From positions 1 through 64,000 of the IMG/VR virus record IMGVR_UViG_3300049846_001597: a stretch of 64,000 nucleotides of DNA; one strand, written 5' to 3'. A program made the translations under genes and the position numbers. Position 1 is the stretch's first letter; the number at the start of each line of letters is the position of its first letter. The notes below the pieces were generated by a model. It was not told the DNA's origin. It saw only the letters and a list, made by a program, of their open reading frames with translations, and did not search any database. Source of the stretch: a virus. Shown one piece after another: positions 46,922 through 55,135 of this stretch.

Positions 46922-47140
46922 ATGTTTGACGTACAAGTTATCAATCACGGCTCGCTCATCGGCTTCCTGCCGATGACCCAGGAGGCCAAGGATTGGATCG
47001 ATGAGAAGGTCGATCCTGACGCCCAATATCTGGGCCGCCAACTCATGGTCGAGCCGCGCTACGCGGGCGACATCGTGCTTGGCATGGCCGCCGATGGCCT
47101 GGAGATCGACGGCGATTTTGTCGGCGGAACGGGAGACTGA
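46922..47140 (+). CDS. Hypothetical protein (island)
   Basis: RBS AAGGAG; MFDVQVINHGS...VEPRY. Confidence 0.7.
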   Translation: MFDVQVINHGSLIGFLPMTQEAKDWIDEKVDPDAQYLGRQLMVEPRYAGDIVLGMAADGLEIDGDFVGGTGD

Positions 47141-47143
47141 GCC

Positions 47144-47515
47144 GTGGCTGCGAAGAAGACCAAGAAGCGCGCGCAACCTCTGCTCATGGCGACCGCGCCG
47201 ACCCTGCGCCAGCAGCTGGAAGACTCGCTCGTCATCACCGAGCTGGCTCCCCGCGCTCTGAAGGCGAAAGTGGATCGCCTGGGTGACCTCAACGCCGAGA
47301 TCGCCCGCCTGACGGAGAAGGCTGACGAGCTGAAGGCGGAGCTGAAGGCGACGGGCCGCACCGAGATCGTCGGTAGCCGCTTCCGTGCTGTCATCAGCAC
47401 CCGCGAAAGCACCCGCCTCGATACCGCGATAGTGAAGGGCTTCCTCACCGTCGAGCAGATCATCGCGGCGTCGAAGACACAAACCTCAACCGCGATCAGC
47501 CTCTACGACCGCTAG
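47144..47515 (+). CDS. Hypothetical coiled-coil protein (island)
   Basis: VDRLG.L.AEIA.L...A..LK; strong codon bias. Confidence 0.7.
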   Translation: MAAKKTKKRAQPLLMATAPTLRQQLEDSLVITELAPRALKAKVDRLGDLNAEIARLTEKADELKAELKATGRTEIVGSRFRAVISTRESTRLDTAIVKGFLTVEQIIAASKTQTSTAISLYDR

Positions 47516-47533
47516 AAAGAGAAGGAGAAACGC

Positions 47534-47562
47534 AAAAGGCCCCGGAGTGATCCGGGGCCTTC
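47534..47562. terminator. Bidirectional terminator
   Basis: AAGGCCCCGGA-GTGA-TCCGGGGCCTT between convergent genes. Confidence 0.75.
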
Positions 47563-47621
47563 CGTTATCGCCACGCCCGAGACTTAAGGTTTGAGCATGG
47601 GTGAGGGGTGGCGAAATTGCG

Positions 47622-48158
47622 TTACAGACGGAAGCGCACGCCCACCGTCAACTCGTCAGCGGCGACGTCGAAGCCGCCGAAGTCGCTATCCATATCGGCT
47701 TCGATGCGGCGGAACTGCACCTCGCCAATCATGCGCTCGCTGAGCCGGTAAGCTCCGCCAACCGCCCAATGATAACCTTCACCGGAGGCGTTCACGGAGC
47801 CGAAGCCGAAACTGGCTTCGCCATCCACGTAATCGATGCCGACGCCGCCAAACACCGAAGCGTTGTCGCCGACAGGCAGATCGAGGTAGGCGGTGGCGTG
47901 ATAATCAAGCGCATCGGCGTTGATCGCGCCCGCGAAGTCGCCGGAGAGGCGCGCGACGCCAGCCTCAACACGCACCGGCCCGACGCCCGTGCCGATAGCC
48001 GCCCCGTAGGCCAGCCCGTCATTCAGTGTAAGGCCGCCTACATCCGCCGAGGATTGGCCGATGGAGAGCTTGCCATACCACTCGTCGGCGTGCGCGTTGG
48101 GTGCGATAAAGACCGGCCCAAGCAACGCCGATGCGATCAGGAGTTGAGAGATTTTCAT
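47622..48158 (-). CDS. Outer-membrane beta-barrel protein (OmpA-TM/Ail-Lom-like)
   Basis: Signal peptide ending AHA, alternating beta strands, C-terminal VGVRFRL. Confidence 0.8.
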   Translation of the reverse strand: MKISQLLIASALLGPVFIAPNAHADEWYGKLSIGQSSADVGGLTLNDGLAYGAAIGTGVGPVRVEAGVARLSGDFAGAINADALDYHATAYLDLPVGDNASVFGGVGIDYVDGEASFGFGSVNASGEGYHWAVGGAYRLSERMIGEVQFRRIEADMDSDFGGFDVAADELTVGVRFRL

Positions 48159-48220
48159 GGTTCCCCGCTTCAATTGAAGTCCGGGGAGGGTTGAGCGGGT
48201 TCGGTTAAGAAGAGGTTACG

Positions 48221-48463
48221 TCACCAATAATAGCTATGTGGCTTATGATTTCCAAGCGGCCACGCAATGCTATCTGGATCAGCGCCAGCGCGCAGTTTTG
48301 CCAAGAGCATGCGGTTATGCGCGCGCTTTGGTCTTGTGTGATAAACGATGTCCCACCAGCGCGGCCAGTTGCCCATCCAGTTGTAATATTTCGCGCGGTC
48401 GTGCTTATCCAGGCTGCGGCCTGATGAAGACGTGCGCGGGCGGCGGCGTTTGAAGTTCGCCAT
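48221..48463 (-). CDS. Small basic Trp/His-rich protein
   Basis: MANFKRRRPR...WPRWWD..YHTRPKR...KPHSYYW; RBS GGAG. Confidence 0.65.
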   Translation of the reverse strand: MANFKRRRPRTSSSGRSLDKHDRAKYYNWMGNWPRWWDIVYHTRPKRAHNRMLLAKLRAGADPDSIAWPLGNHKPHSYYW

Positions 48464-48508
48464 GACAATGTGGCTCCGTTGTTACCTACATTGTCATGGC
48501 GTTCTCCT
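48458..48508 (-). promoter_or_regulatory. Leader hairpin with Met-Thr-Met-stop minigene
   Basis: AGGAG-6nt-ATG ACA ATG TAG (48497-48486); 14-bp stem 48458-48471/48488-48501 pairs both start codons. Confidence 0.7.
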
Positions 48509-48514
48509 GTGAAT

Positions 48515-48590
48515 TGGGGATAAGGGTTGGATTCGCACCAACGGCCTCCGGGGTATGAACCCGGCGCTCTAACTGCTGAGCTACCTTATC
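48515..48590 (-). tRNA. tRNA with CAT anticodon (Met or Ile2), atypical loops
   Basis: Cloverleaf: GATAAGG/CCTTATC acceptor, GCTC/GAGC D stem, CCGGG-TTCATAC-CCCGG, GTTGG-TGCGAAT-CCAAC, encoded CCA; 76 nt. Confidence 0.9.
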
Positions 48591-48672
48591 AAAACCGCCA
48601 GTCTTTTCCCCTGCCGGGGTTCATGTTCGGGGCGCTGGCTTCCCCTAGCGGTTGGCTAGGCCGCGCGGAGGG

Positions 48673-48759
48673 TTAACCCCAGCCTTCGATGCCAGCAGAA
48701 CCGCCGTCGTCAATCTTCACGGTGCCGCCCCAGCCCTCAATCAAATAACCTTTGCGCAT
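48673..48759 (-). CDS. 28-aa peptide with repeated IEGWG
   Basis: Hand-translated MRKGYLIEGWGGTVKIDDGGSAGIEGWG with RBS GGAGG. Confidence 0.5.
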   Translation of the reverse strand: MRKGYLIEGWGGTVKIDDGGSAGIEGWG

Positions 48760-48806
48760 GCGCTGCCTCCGATAACACGCGACGCTGCCGCCGCGTGTCC
48801 GACATA

Positions 48807-48838
48807 GAAAAACTCCCCCGCCTTTACAAGCGGGGGAG
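48807..48838 (-). terminator. Rho-independent terminator
   Basis: CTCCCCCGC stem with TTTTT tail on minus strand. Confidence 0.6.
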
Positions 48839-48960
48839 AAGTAGACGTTGGGTTACTAGGAAGGGAAGAAAGCAAAAGATAGAGTCTCTTGCAAGATCAA
48901 CCCTTGCGCCGGTTCGGTTAAGAAGACGTAAACGCGACAGGCGACTTGTCATAAGTAGGT

Positions 48961-48994
48961 AAAAAGAAGGAGCCCCGCCGTTTCCAGCGGGGCG
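48961..48994 (-). terminator. Terminator after the major capsid gene
   Basis: GCCCCGCTG-GAAA-CGGCGGGGC followed by TCCTTCTTTTT. Confidence 0.7.
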
Positions 48995-49053
48995 CCTAAG
49001 TATTGCGTATCGCAGCCAAGCGATAACCGAGCGCCCGTAGGCGTCAGCTAGAC

Positions 49054-49971
49054 TTAGCCTGCGCCTTGCGTGCCGTAAATGGCGCGCCAGTCGCTCCAGC
49101 CGGTCGAGAAGCGCATCGTGCTTTTGGCGCGGGCGTTCTCGGTGCCGAAGTCTTCGTCTTTGCCGAAGTCGAGCTTACGGCGCTCAAACAACTTCAGACC
49201 CTTGTCGCCGCCGATGTCCACCGTGATGAACCACGCATCAGCGTCCGTAAGATACGGGCTGACGAGCGGGCCATCCGAGAAGATGCCCATCGACTTGATG
49301 GCGTTGAGGTCGTTGTTGCCGGTGCCGGGACGCAGCGTCGAGTTCAGGTAGCGCTCGGCGTTGAACATCTCGTTGACCGGGATGACCAGCCGCTTCGGCG
49401 ACGCTTGGATGCGCAGACCACGCGCATTCTTCATGTTGGTGATGTCCTTCACCGCGTCTTCAAGCGATGCTTCAGACAAGTCAGCGTCGGTCGCTGGGCG
49501 GTTGGCTTGGTTGCCAGAGCGGGTGACGTGCGCCGTCGAGCAGAGCACAACACCGTCGCCGCCAAGGTAAGACGAGTTGAACGCGCGGTTGAGCACGTTC
49601 CAGCACACCGTCTCTTTCGTTTTGCGCATCGAGAAGGCGAGGGCGCGAGCACGTCCGCGCGAAAGCGCGTCGTACTGGCTGTCTTCCATCTCTTCGCGCG
49701 TGACGATGTAACCGAGCGCGTAAGACGAGTGGATGAACGAAGACTTGATGCCTTCGCGCGCTTCGTCGTACGTGATCGGCGCGCCTTCCGCCTTCAGCGG
49801 CGCGAGGCCGAACTGAGTGCTTTCAGCGATGACTTCCATGTGCTTGCTTGACGAGTTGACGTCAAACAGCTCTTTGTAGGTTTCCGGCTGCTCCTTGTAG
49901 GAGAGGCCAAACCATTCGTACACGCCCGGCCAGAGAGCATCTGGGTGGGCTGAACGGGTAATAACTGACAT
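49054..49971 (-). CDS. Major capsid protein
   Basis: L.PG....FG..Y, K.EG..I.YD, ALG..VT.E..ED..Y, LA.SM..TKE, GDGV.L.ST.H, YLTD.DAWF, R.S.GWSDWR; high-expression codon bias. Confidence 0.9.
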   Translation of the reverse strand: MSVITRSAHPDALWPGVYEWFGLSYKEQPETYKELFDVNSSSKHMEVIAESTQFGLAPLKAEGAPITYDEAREGIKSSFIHSSYALGYIVTREEMEDSQYDALSRGRARALAFSMRKTKETVCWNVLNRAFNSSYLGGDGVVLCSTAHVTRSGNQANRPATDADLSEASLEDAVKDITNMKNARGLRIQASPKRLVIPVNEMFNAERYLNSTLRPGTGNNDLNAIKSMGIFSDGPLVSPYLTDADAWFITVDIGGDKGLKLFERRKLDFGKDEDFGTENARAKSTMRFSTGWSDWRAIYGTQGAG

Positions 49972-49984
49972 CGTTCAATCCCCC

Positions 49985-50566
49985 TTAGACGCCAGCTGAG
50001 CCAGGACGGTAGCTGTGCATGTTGATCTTCACGATCACATCCACGCCGGTCGCGTTGATCTCGTTGTCGGGCCGCCCTTCTGGGAAGCCGATAACGAGCA
50101 ACTGATCGGTGTTTGTGGTTGCGAGTTCGGAAGCGTCGAGCTGGAAGCCCGACAGACCCGTGTAGGCGTTGAGGGAGCCAGAAACGATTTGGCAGGTGTT
50201 GCCTACGTTGGTGACATCAACAGCCGCGTCAGCTTTGACGAGATAAAGCTGCTCGGGGTCGTCAGAGACGAGCAAGTTATAGGCGGTCGAGGCCGCGCCA
50301 TACTTGAGCGAAGGGATCGGTTCGGTCGGCACGAAACCAACGACGACGCCCGTGATGTAATCCGTGGTCACAGCGGTGCCGACCGTCGCGCGGATTACAG
50401 TGGGGTAGCCGTTCGTATCGGCTGAGCCAGCGAGAACTACCGGGTCGCCAACCGCGAGAGCCGTGCCGTCGCCAGACGCATGCGCGTATTGACGGACACG
50501 ACCAACAAAGTTGCCGCCCAGAAGATCAACCGGCTTGAAACCGAAGGCCGTAGTAGAGTTAGCCAT
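49985..50566 (-). CDS. Capsid decoration/cement protein
   Basis: MAN....FG.KP, GD.V, V.DDP; directly upstream of the capsid gene. Confidence 0.75.
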   Translation of the reverse strand: MANSTTAFGFKPVDLLGGNFVGRVRQYAHASGDGTALAVGDPVVLAGSADTNGYPTVIRATVGTAVTTDYITGVVVGFVPTEPIPSLKYGAASTAYNLLVSDDPEQLYLVKADAAVDVTNVGNTCQIVSGSLNAYTGLSGFQLDASELATTNTDQLLVIGFPEGRPDNEINATGVDVIVKINMHSYRPGSAGV

Positions 50567-50590
50567 CAGGATTTCTCCAGATCAAAAGGG

Positions 50591-51070
50591 TTAGAGCTTG
50601 TTGTCTGCGTCGCGCGGCGTGTAGACGCGGGGGTCGCCCGCTTCCAAACCCGCGCCGTTAGGTCCGTTCAAAACCTTCTGGCCCAATTCGGCGGCCTTCA
50701 TTTCCTCGTCCAACCGTTTCTGATTGGCGGCATGGTCTGCTTCAAAAAACTCTACCGGCTTCTTCATTAACCGAGTGTTTAGAGCGAGACGATTTTGCGC
50801 CACGTCTGCGTGGCGCGTAGCTGGGACGGCTGCGCCGAGTTCGTCGTCGGTCACCAAGTCCCAATCTTGACGATAGAGCTGATCGATGCGGCCCGGCTGA
50901 TCCACGACCCAGCGGTAGCGGAAGTTCGGGTCTTTCGATTCAGGCGGCACGTGCAGGCGCTTGACGATGCCGTTGTCGTTTGGATCACGGCGGCGGCGCA
51001 CGTTTGCATCTTCAACCGCGCGCGCGACGCGGCCACGTGAAGCCGGTTTCGGCGCTTCAGTCGAGGACAT
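50591..51070 (-). CDS. Conserved head-region protein
   Basis: DP.F.YRWV.D..GRI......W, LMKKP.E. Confidence 0.7.
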   Translation of the reverse strand: MSSTEAPKPASRGRVARAVEDANVRRRRDPNDNGIVKRLHVPPESKDPNFRYRWVVDQPGRIDQLYRQDWDLVTDDELGAAVPATRHADVAQNRLALNTRLMKKPVEFFEADHAANQKRLDEEMKAAELGQKVLNGPNGAGLEAGDPRVYTPRDADNKL

Positions 51071-52157
51071 TGCCAGTATCTCCATTGTAGATTTTTGCGA
51101 AGCGAACGATGTCGCCTTTGAAGGAGCCGTTTTTCTTTTGCTCTTGGTAAACGGCGCGCGCCTCGGGCGGCAGCGCGTTCCAAGCTTGCGCTTCGGGGCT
51201 CGCCATGCGGGAGCTGGACGGCATGCGGGAGCCGCTCTGGACGTTGGCAGCCGGGCGACGCTGTTGCTGGACCGGCTGCTCAAAGGCTTCGTCTTTTTTG
51301 ACGAACTTGCCTGTCACCGGGTCTTGCGGCTGCGCCGCGCGCGGCTGACGCTCGCTCTCCATCTCCCACGGCGCATCCTCAAGCTCATCGTCTTGCGGAG
51401 CAACTTGCGGGGCAGGGCGCGCTTGGGATTGCGCGCGACCCTTAAAGTAGTCGGGGTACTCTTCGCGCAGCGCCGCCTTGACGGCTTGAATCTGCATGCT
51501 CTTTGGGTAGCCCGCGTCGGCGTAATCTTGCGCGATGGAGAAGGCGTAGGAGTACGCCTCTTCGTCTTGTACGACCCACGGATGCTCTTTCAGGAACTTG
51601 CCGACAATCGGATCGGCCAGCATCTCTTGCGCTTGCTGGGTGTAGTTGATTTCCGGCTCCTGCCGGAATTTCTCATCGAGCGCGGCCTGCGCCTGATGCT
51701 TTTGGGCGTCGAGTTCTTCGTAGAGTTCGTCGTTGCCGTCTTTGGCCGCCTTGCGCTTCTCCGACTCGAAGTAGCGCTCGATCTCGGCGCGGTGGCGGGC
51801 CTCTTGCTCTTGCGCCAGCTGCGAGGTGGTGCGCGTTAAGCGCTCCATCCGCTGCTGCAACTCATCGTAGGAGCGCTGGCTGGCGCGCAAGTGGCGGGTC
51901 GCCTCTCTGGCGCGCTCAGCAGCAGCTTGTTGTTTGGCGTGTGTGGTGCGCAGATACTGATCTGCGGGGGTCCAGCCTTCTTTCGGACCCTTCCACTGGC
52001 TCTCGGGCTTCCAGCCTAGTTCGCTGGCGAGCTTCTCGATCTCATTGAGTTCTGGCGCTTCGATGGCCGCCCCGTCATCAGCGGGGAGATTCGGATCGGG
52101 CTGATTTTCAGCAGCCCCGGTATCAAGCGCCCACTCTTCTTCGTGGGCTGCACTCAT
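51057..52157 (-). CDS. Capsid scaffolding protein
   Basis: A..LGWKP..QWKG....W..A..Y, coiled coil, C-terminal LPPEAR. Confidence 0.75.
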   Translation of the reverse strand: MSAAHEEEWALDTGAAENQPDPNLPADDGAAIEAPELNEIEKLASELGWKPESQWKGPKEGWTPADQYLRTTHAKQQAAAERAREATRHLRASQRSYDELQQRMERLTRTTSQLAQEQEARHRAEIERYFESEKRKAAKDGNDELYEELDAQKHQAQAALDEKFRQEPEINYTQQAQEMLADPIVGKFLKEHPWVVQDEEAYSYAFSIAQDYADAGYPKSMQIQAVKAALREEYPDYFKGRAQSQARPAPQVAPQDDELEDAPWEMESERQPRAAQPQDPVTGKFVKKDEAFEQPVQQQRRPAANVQSGSRMPSSSRMASPEAQAWNALPPEARAVYQEQKKNGSFKGDIVRFAKIYNGDTGNVLD

Positions 52158-52255
52158 TGTGTTTCTAACACGCTCCTCAAGGCACGCGGAATGCGTGCTG
52201 GATTGTGAGAGAATACGAGAGGCTTAAAGCACGCTGGCTTCAGCGTTATTGACGC

Positions 52256-52495
52256 TCAGTCGAGATCGCGCGCAAGCGCCTCGCACGCCTCTTGGACATA
52301 TTGACGTGGTTCATTGCGAACTGCGCTTACATGATCGAGGAGGGCGTTATAGAGGCCGGGATTTCCAGCGCGCAGCGGATGCGAGAGCGGCAGCTTCAAC
52401 AGCGTGACGTAGGCGTGGACAACCTTCACGTCATGGGCGGCGAGGCCGCCCATCAGGCCGTTAGCCTTGTGCGTGATGGCGTAGTCGTCGCTCAT
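52256..52495 (-). CDS. Hypothetical protein
   Basis: Coupled ORF. Confidence 0.45.
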   Translation of the reverse strand: MSDDYAITHKANGLMGGLAAHDVKVVHAYVTLLKLPLSHPLRAGNPGLYNALLDHVSAVRNEPRQYVQEACEALARDLD

Positions 52496-52670
52496 CGGCT
52501 TCGCACCAAAGCAAGGCGCGCCGCATGCGGCTGGCAGGGCGGCGCTTCAGCCCGCATCGCGTCTTTGAAGCGGCTGATCTTGGTGGCGCGGAATGGGATG
52601 GCGGAGTAGTCGCGGCAGGTCTTGCCAGCGGCTTCGCCGCAGGTTGGGCATTTAGGAAGCGGCTGGTCGT

Positions 52671-53000
52671 TCAAAACACTTCGCCTTTGGCCATTGCGAC
52701 AGCTTCCTGAAAGCGCTCGTCGCGCTCCAGCATCTGACACAGCATCTCGTCGGCTTGGCGATTGTAGCGGTTCAACACCCGCAAATGCGGCGCGATGAAC
52801 TGCTCCTCCACGATGGCGTAAAGCTCGCGATCTGGCGCGCTAGGGAAGCCGCCAACCTTAGCGACGCCCTTGGCGATGCGGAACAGATGCTCGCGCGCGC
52901 CGAGCGGGCTCTCGATGTGCTCAGGATCGGAAGATGTCGCCGGGGCTTTCTTCCCAGCTGCGGACTTGCGCTTCGGCTTCGATGATGGTGCTTCGGTCAT
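52671..53000 (-). CDS. Hypothetical protein
   Basis: RBS GAGG, MTEAPSSK. Confidence 0.5.
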   Translation of the reverse strand: MTEAPSSKPKRKSAAGKKAPATSSDPEHIESPLGAREHLFRIAKGVAKVGGFPSAPDRELYAIVEEQFIAPHLRVLNRYNRQADEMLCQMLERDERFQEAVAMAKGEVF

Positions 53001-53186
53001 GTGTGCCTCTGGCGACAGTGATAAGATTGTTGCGCGCGGTGTAGAGCGCCGCAAGCGCATCCCGCGTCTCACTTTTGATTTCATGCATGCGCCGCTCAAT
53101 CGCGCGCCCTTCTGCGTTCAGCGCATTGAGATCATCAAGCGCCGTGCGCAGTGTCGCCACCGCCTGCAGGAGAGCGGGCAACTCGC

Positions 53187-53582
53187 TCATGCGGCCTGCG
53201 CTTTCGCCCAAGCCGCTTCGATACGGCGACCGCCGATCTCTTTGTCTTTGACGGCCATGTAGGTGCGTCCGTCTGCGCCCACGATGTATGAGCCCGCTGG
53301 ATAACGTTTGGTGTAAACGAGGTCGCCGGGTTGATATTGCGGCTTCTGATCGATGGCGTCCCAATCGGCGGAGCGAAAAGCGACGGGTGACATGGCGACG
53401 ATGCGCGCAAGCACGGACGCGCCCGTCTCATCAGCCTTGGTGCTGTCATGCAGAATAATGCTGCCGATCTTGTCGTCAGGCACGGCCTGCAAGATGATGA
53501 CATCGAAGTCCCAACCGGGCTCGTAGCCGAAATTCAGCTCCGAGAGCGGCGGGATGGGTTTGTAGCGTTGGAGTGTTGTCAC
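53187..53582 (-). CDS. GroES-like co-chaperonin
   Basis: D..I......K.GSIIL.D, ARIVAMSP, PGD.V...RY.G.....DG..Y...KD..I; located between portal and scaffold. Confidence 0.75.
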   Translation of the reverse strand: MTTLQRYKPIPPLSELNFGYEPGWDFDVIILQAVPDDKIGSIILHDSTKADETGASVLARIVAMSPVAFRSADWDAIDQKPQYQPGDLVYTKRYPAGSYIVGADGRTYMAVKDKEIGGRRIEAAWAKAQAA

Positions 53583-53592
53583 TGAAAACTCT

Positions 53593-53838
53593 TCACCGTT
53601 TGCCGTACAGAAATTGCATCGTTTTGGCGCGACCCGCTTTGCACCACTTCAAACGCTGCTCGGTGCTGACGGGCTCCAGCCCCATGCGATTAGCCTTGCC
53701 GATGCAGGCCATGTTGGTCTTACCGACGATGTCGGCGATCTCAGGCGAGGGGAGCTTGCCCCAATAACGTACAAGACCCTTAACTTGGGTAAGCGACCAC
53801 TTGTCATTAACATGGTCGATCAATTCTTGCTCGGTCAT
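53593..53838 (-). CDS. GcrA-like HTH protein
   Basis: W....V..L...W.....EIA..VG.T..ACIGKANRMGL. Confidence 0.75.
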   Translation of the reverse strand: MTEQELIDHVNDKWSLTQVKGLVRYWGKLPSPEIADIVGKTNMACIGKANRMGLEPVSTEQRLKWCKAGRAKTMQFLYGKR

Positions 53839-54128
53839 TGCGTGCTTCCCGCTCTCGCGACCCAAGTGCCGTCGAGATCGTGCTCAAGCTCACCTGATTC
53901 GTGCATGTTGACTACACTCTCGTAGGTCAGCTCCTGCGGGGTGAGCCGCATCAGCGCAAAGAATTGGCCGCGCAAGTAACCTGCATCGTGGGTGTCGCGC
54001 TCGCTGCCATAGAAGAAGCGGCCAAGATATTGGTCGCGCGCGTCGTCAGCGGCGGCGACGATGGCGTCGAGCACCCATTGTGTGATGGGGGAGCTGCGCC
54101 ATTGTTCAAATTCTTCTTTGTCGATCAT
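53835..54128 (-). CDS. Conserved portal-downstream protein
   Basis: EEF..W...P.T.W pattern. Confidence 0.6.
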   Translation of the reverse strand: MIDKEEFEQWRSSPITQWVLDAIVAAADDARDQYLGRFFYGSERDTHDAGYLRGQFFALMRLTPQELTYESVVNMHESGELEHDLDGTWVARAGSTQ

Positions 54129-54547
54129 TGGCTGCGTGTGTGAGAGGGGGCGAGGCGGATACGCCCGTGTCGGATTTGGCTTAGGGTGGAGCGCACCACG
54201 TTGTCGGTGGTGGGTTCCAGGCCGATGGATTGGCGATAGGCGTTCAGACGCTCACGCAGCACCTGGGAGGGGAGGCCTTTGCCCATCATGCTGGCGAGGA
54301 AATCGCGGTTGACCGGGCGCCCCGGCAGGCCGCGCAGGCGTTTCGCTCGTTCAGCCGCCTCCGGCCCGATGCGTCCGCTGCGAATATTGGTCATCATTGT
54401 TTTGACGGAGCCCGAGGTGTAGCCGGTGATCTCGGCCAACGCCTTCGGGTAGCCGCGCAAGTCGCCTTTGCGCAGCTCCGCCCAAGCCTCCGCCGCCTCC
54501 AGCAGACGCCAGAAGCCGCCGTCGCCCCAGGTTTTCTTGTGGCTCAC
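54125..54547 (-). CDS. HTH protein
   Basis: LAEITGYTSGSVKT; second HTH-like segment. Confidence 0.5.
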   Translation of the reverse strand: MSHKKTWGDGGFWRLLEAAEAWAELRKGDLRGYPKALAEITGYTSGSVKTMMTNIRSGRIGPEAAERAKRLRGLPGRPVNRDFLASMMGKGLPSQVLRERLNAYRQSIGLEPTTDNVVRSTLSQIRHGRIRLAPSHTRSQ

Positions 54548-54653
54548 GGCTTCGGCTTCTTAAGCCGGGGGAGGGTCGGCCACTTGCCGGTTACGACCCT
54601 GTAGCCGCCAATACAGATGGCGGCGAGGCCGAGGAGGATGGCGAAAGTCTCGA

Positions 54654-54941
54654 TCATGGCAACTTCTCGTAGTCGGCGAGGCGAGTTGTCGCCCGCTCCT
54701 CGGGTTTAGGGATGTCGATCTCTTCTGGATCGGGCGGCTGCAGTTTCGACGTTTTGTCGATTAGTTCTTCTAAATCAATGACATCCGGCGCAGAACTCGG
54801 GCTCGGCTGCGTCAGGTGATTTTCACCAAAGACCCACGCCTCGTAGGACTTGGCCGCCGACAAAATCGCTGTCGGCGTGCTGGCGTGGCGGCAGGCGATC
54901 TCCAGCAGGTAGATGCGTTGGCTTGGGTCGGCAGTCATCAA
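54654..54941 (-). CDS. Hypothetical protein
   Basis: RBS AAGGAG; R..LLE.A........A..YE.WV. Confidence 0.55.
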   Translation of the reverse strand: MMTADPSQRIYLLEIACRHASTPTAILSAAKSYEAWVFGENHLTQPSPSSAPDVIDLEELIDKTSKLQPPDPEEIDIPKPEERATTRLADYEKLP

Positions 54942-55080
54942 AACTCCTTGCTGACTTTTTGCACGCCCCGCAGCCAGCGGCGGGTAGACGCGCGCACGGG
55001 GCGACCCTGGCGGGAAAACCGTAAGCGTCGTGCAGGCGAAAGCATCCGCGATTCGGCGTTAAAAAAGTCTTGCATAGGGG

Positions 55081-55109
55081 TTGTCAGCCGATCTTCAATG
55101 TACTACATG
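55081..55109 (+). promoter_or_regulatory. Promoter with ATGTACTACAT palindrome
   Basis: TTGTCA-17-TACATG. Confidence 0.7.
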
Positions 55110-55135
55110 AATAATACGGAAGACGGAGACGGAAG

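Larger units (their letters stand above)
48191..48929. repeat. Direct repeat TTG.GC.GGTTCGGTTAAGAAGA.GT (48191-48216, 48904-48929)
   Basis: 16-bp exact core, 23/26 overall; brackets the tRNA module. Confidence 0.75.

Noticed and set aside
48515-48590. tRNA as a prophage attachment site
   Set aside because: No duplicate of its 3' end and no integrase in the window; it is flanked by phage genes on both sides.
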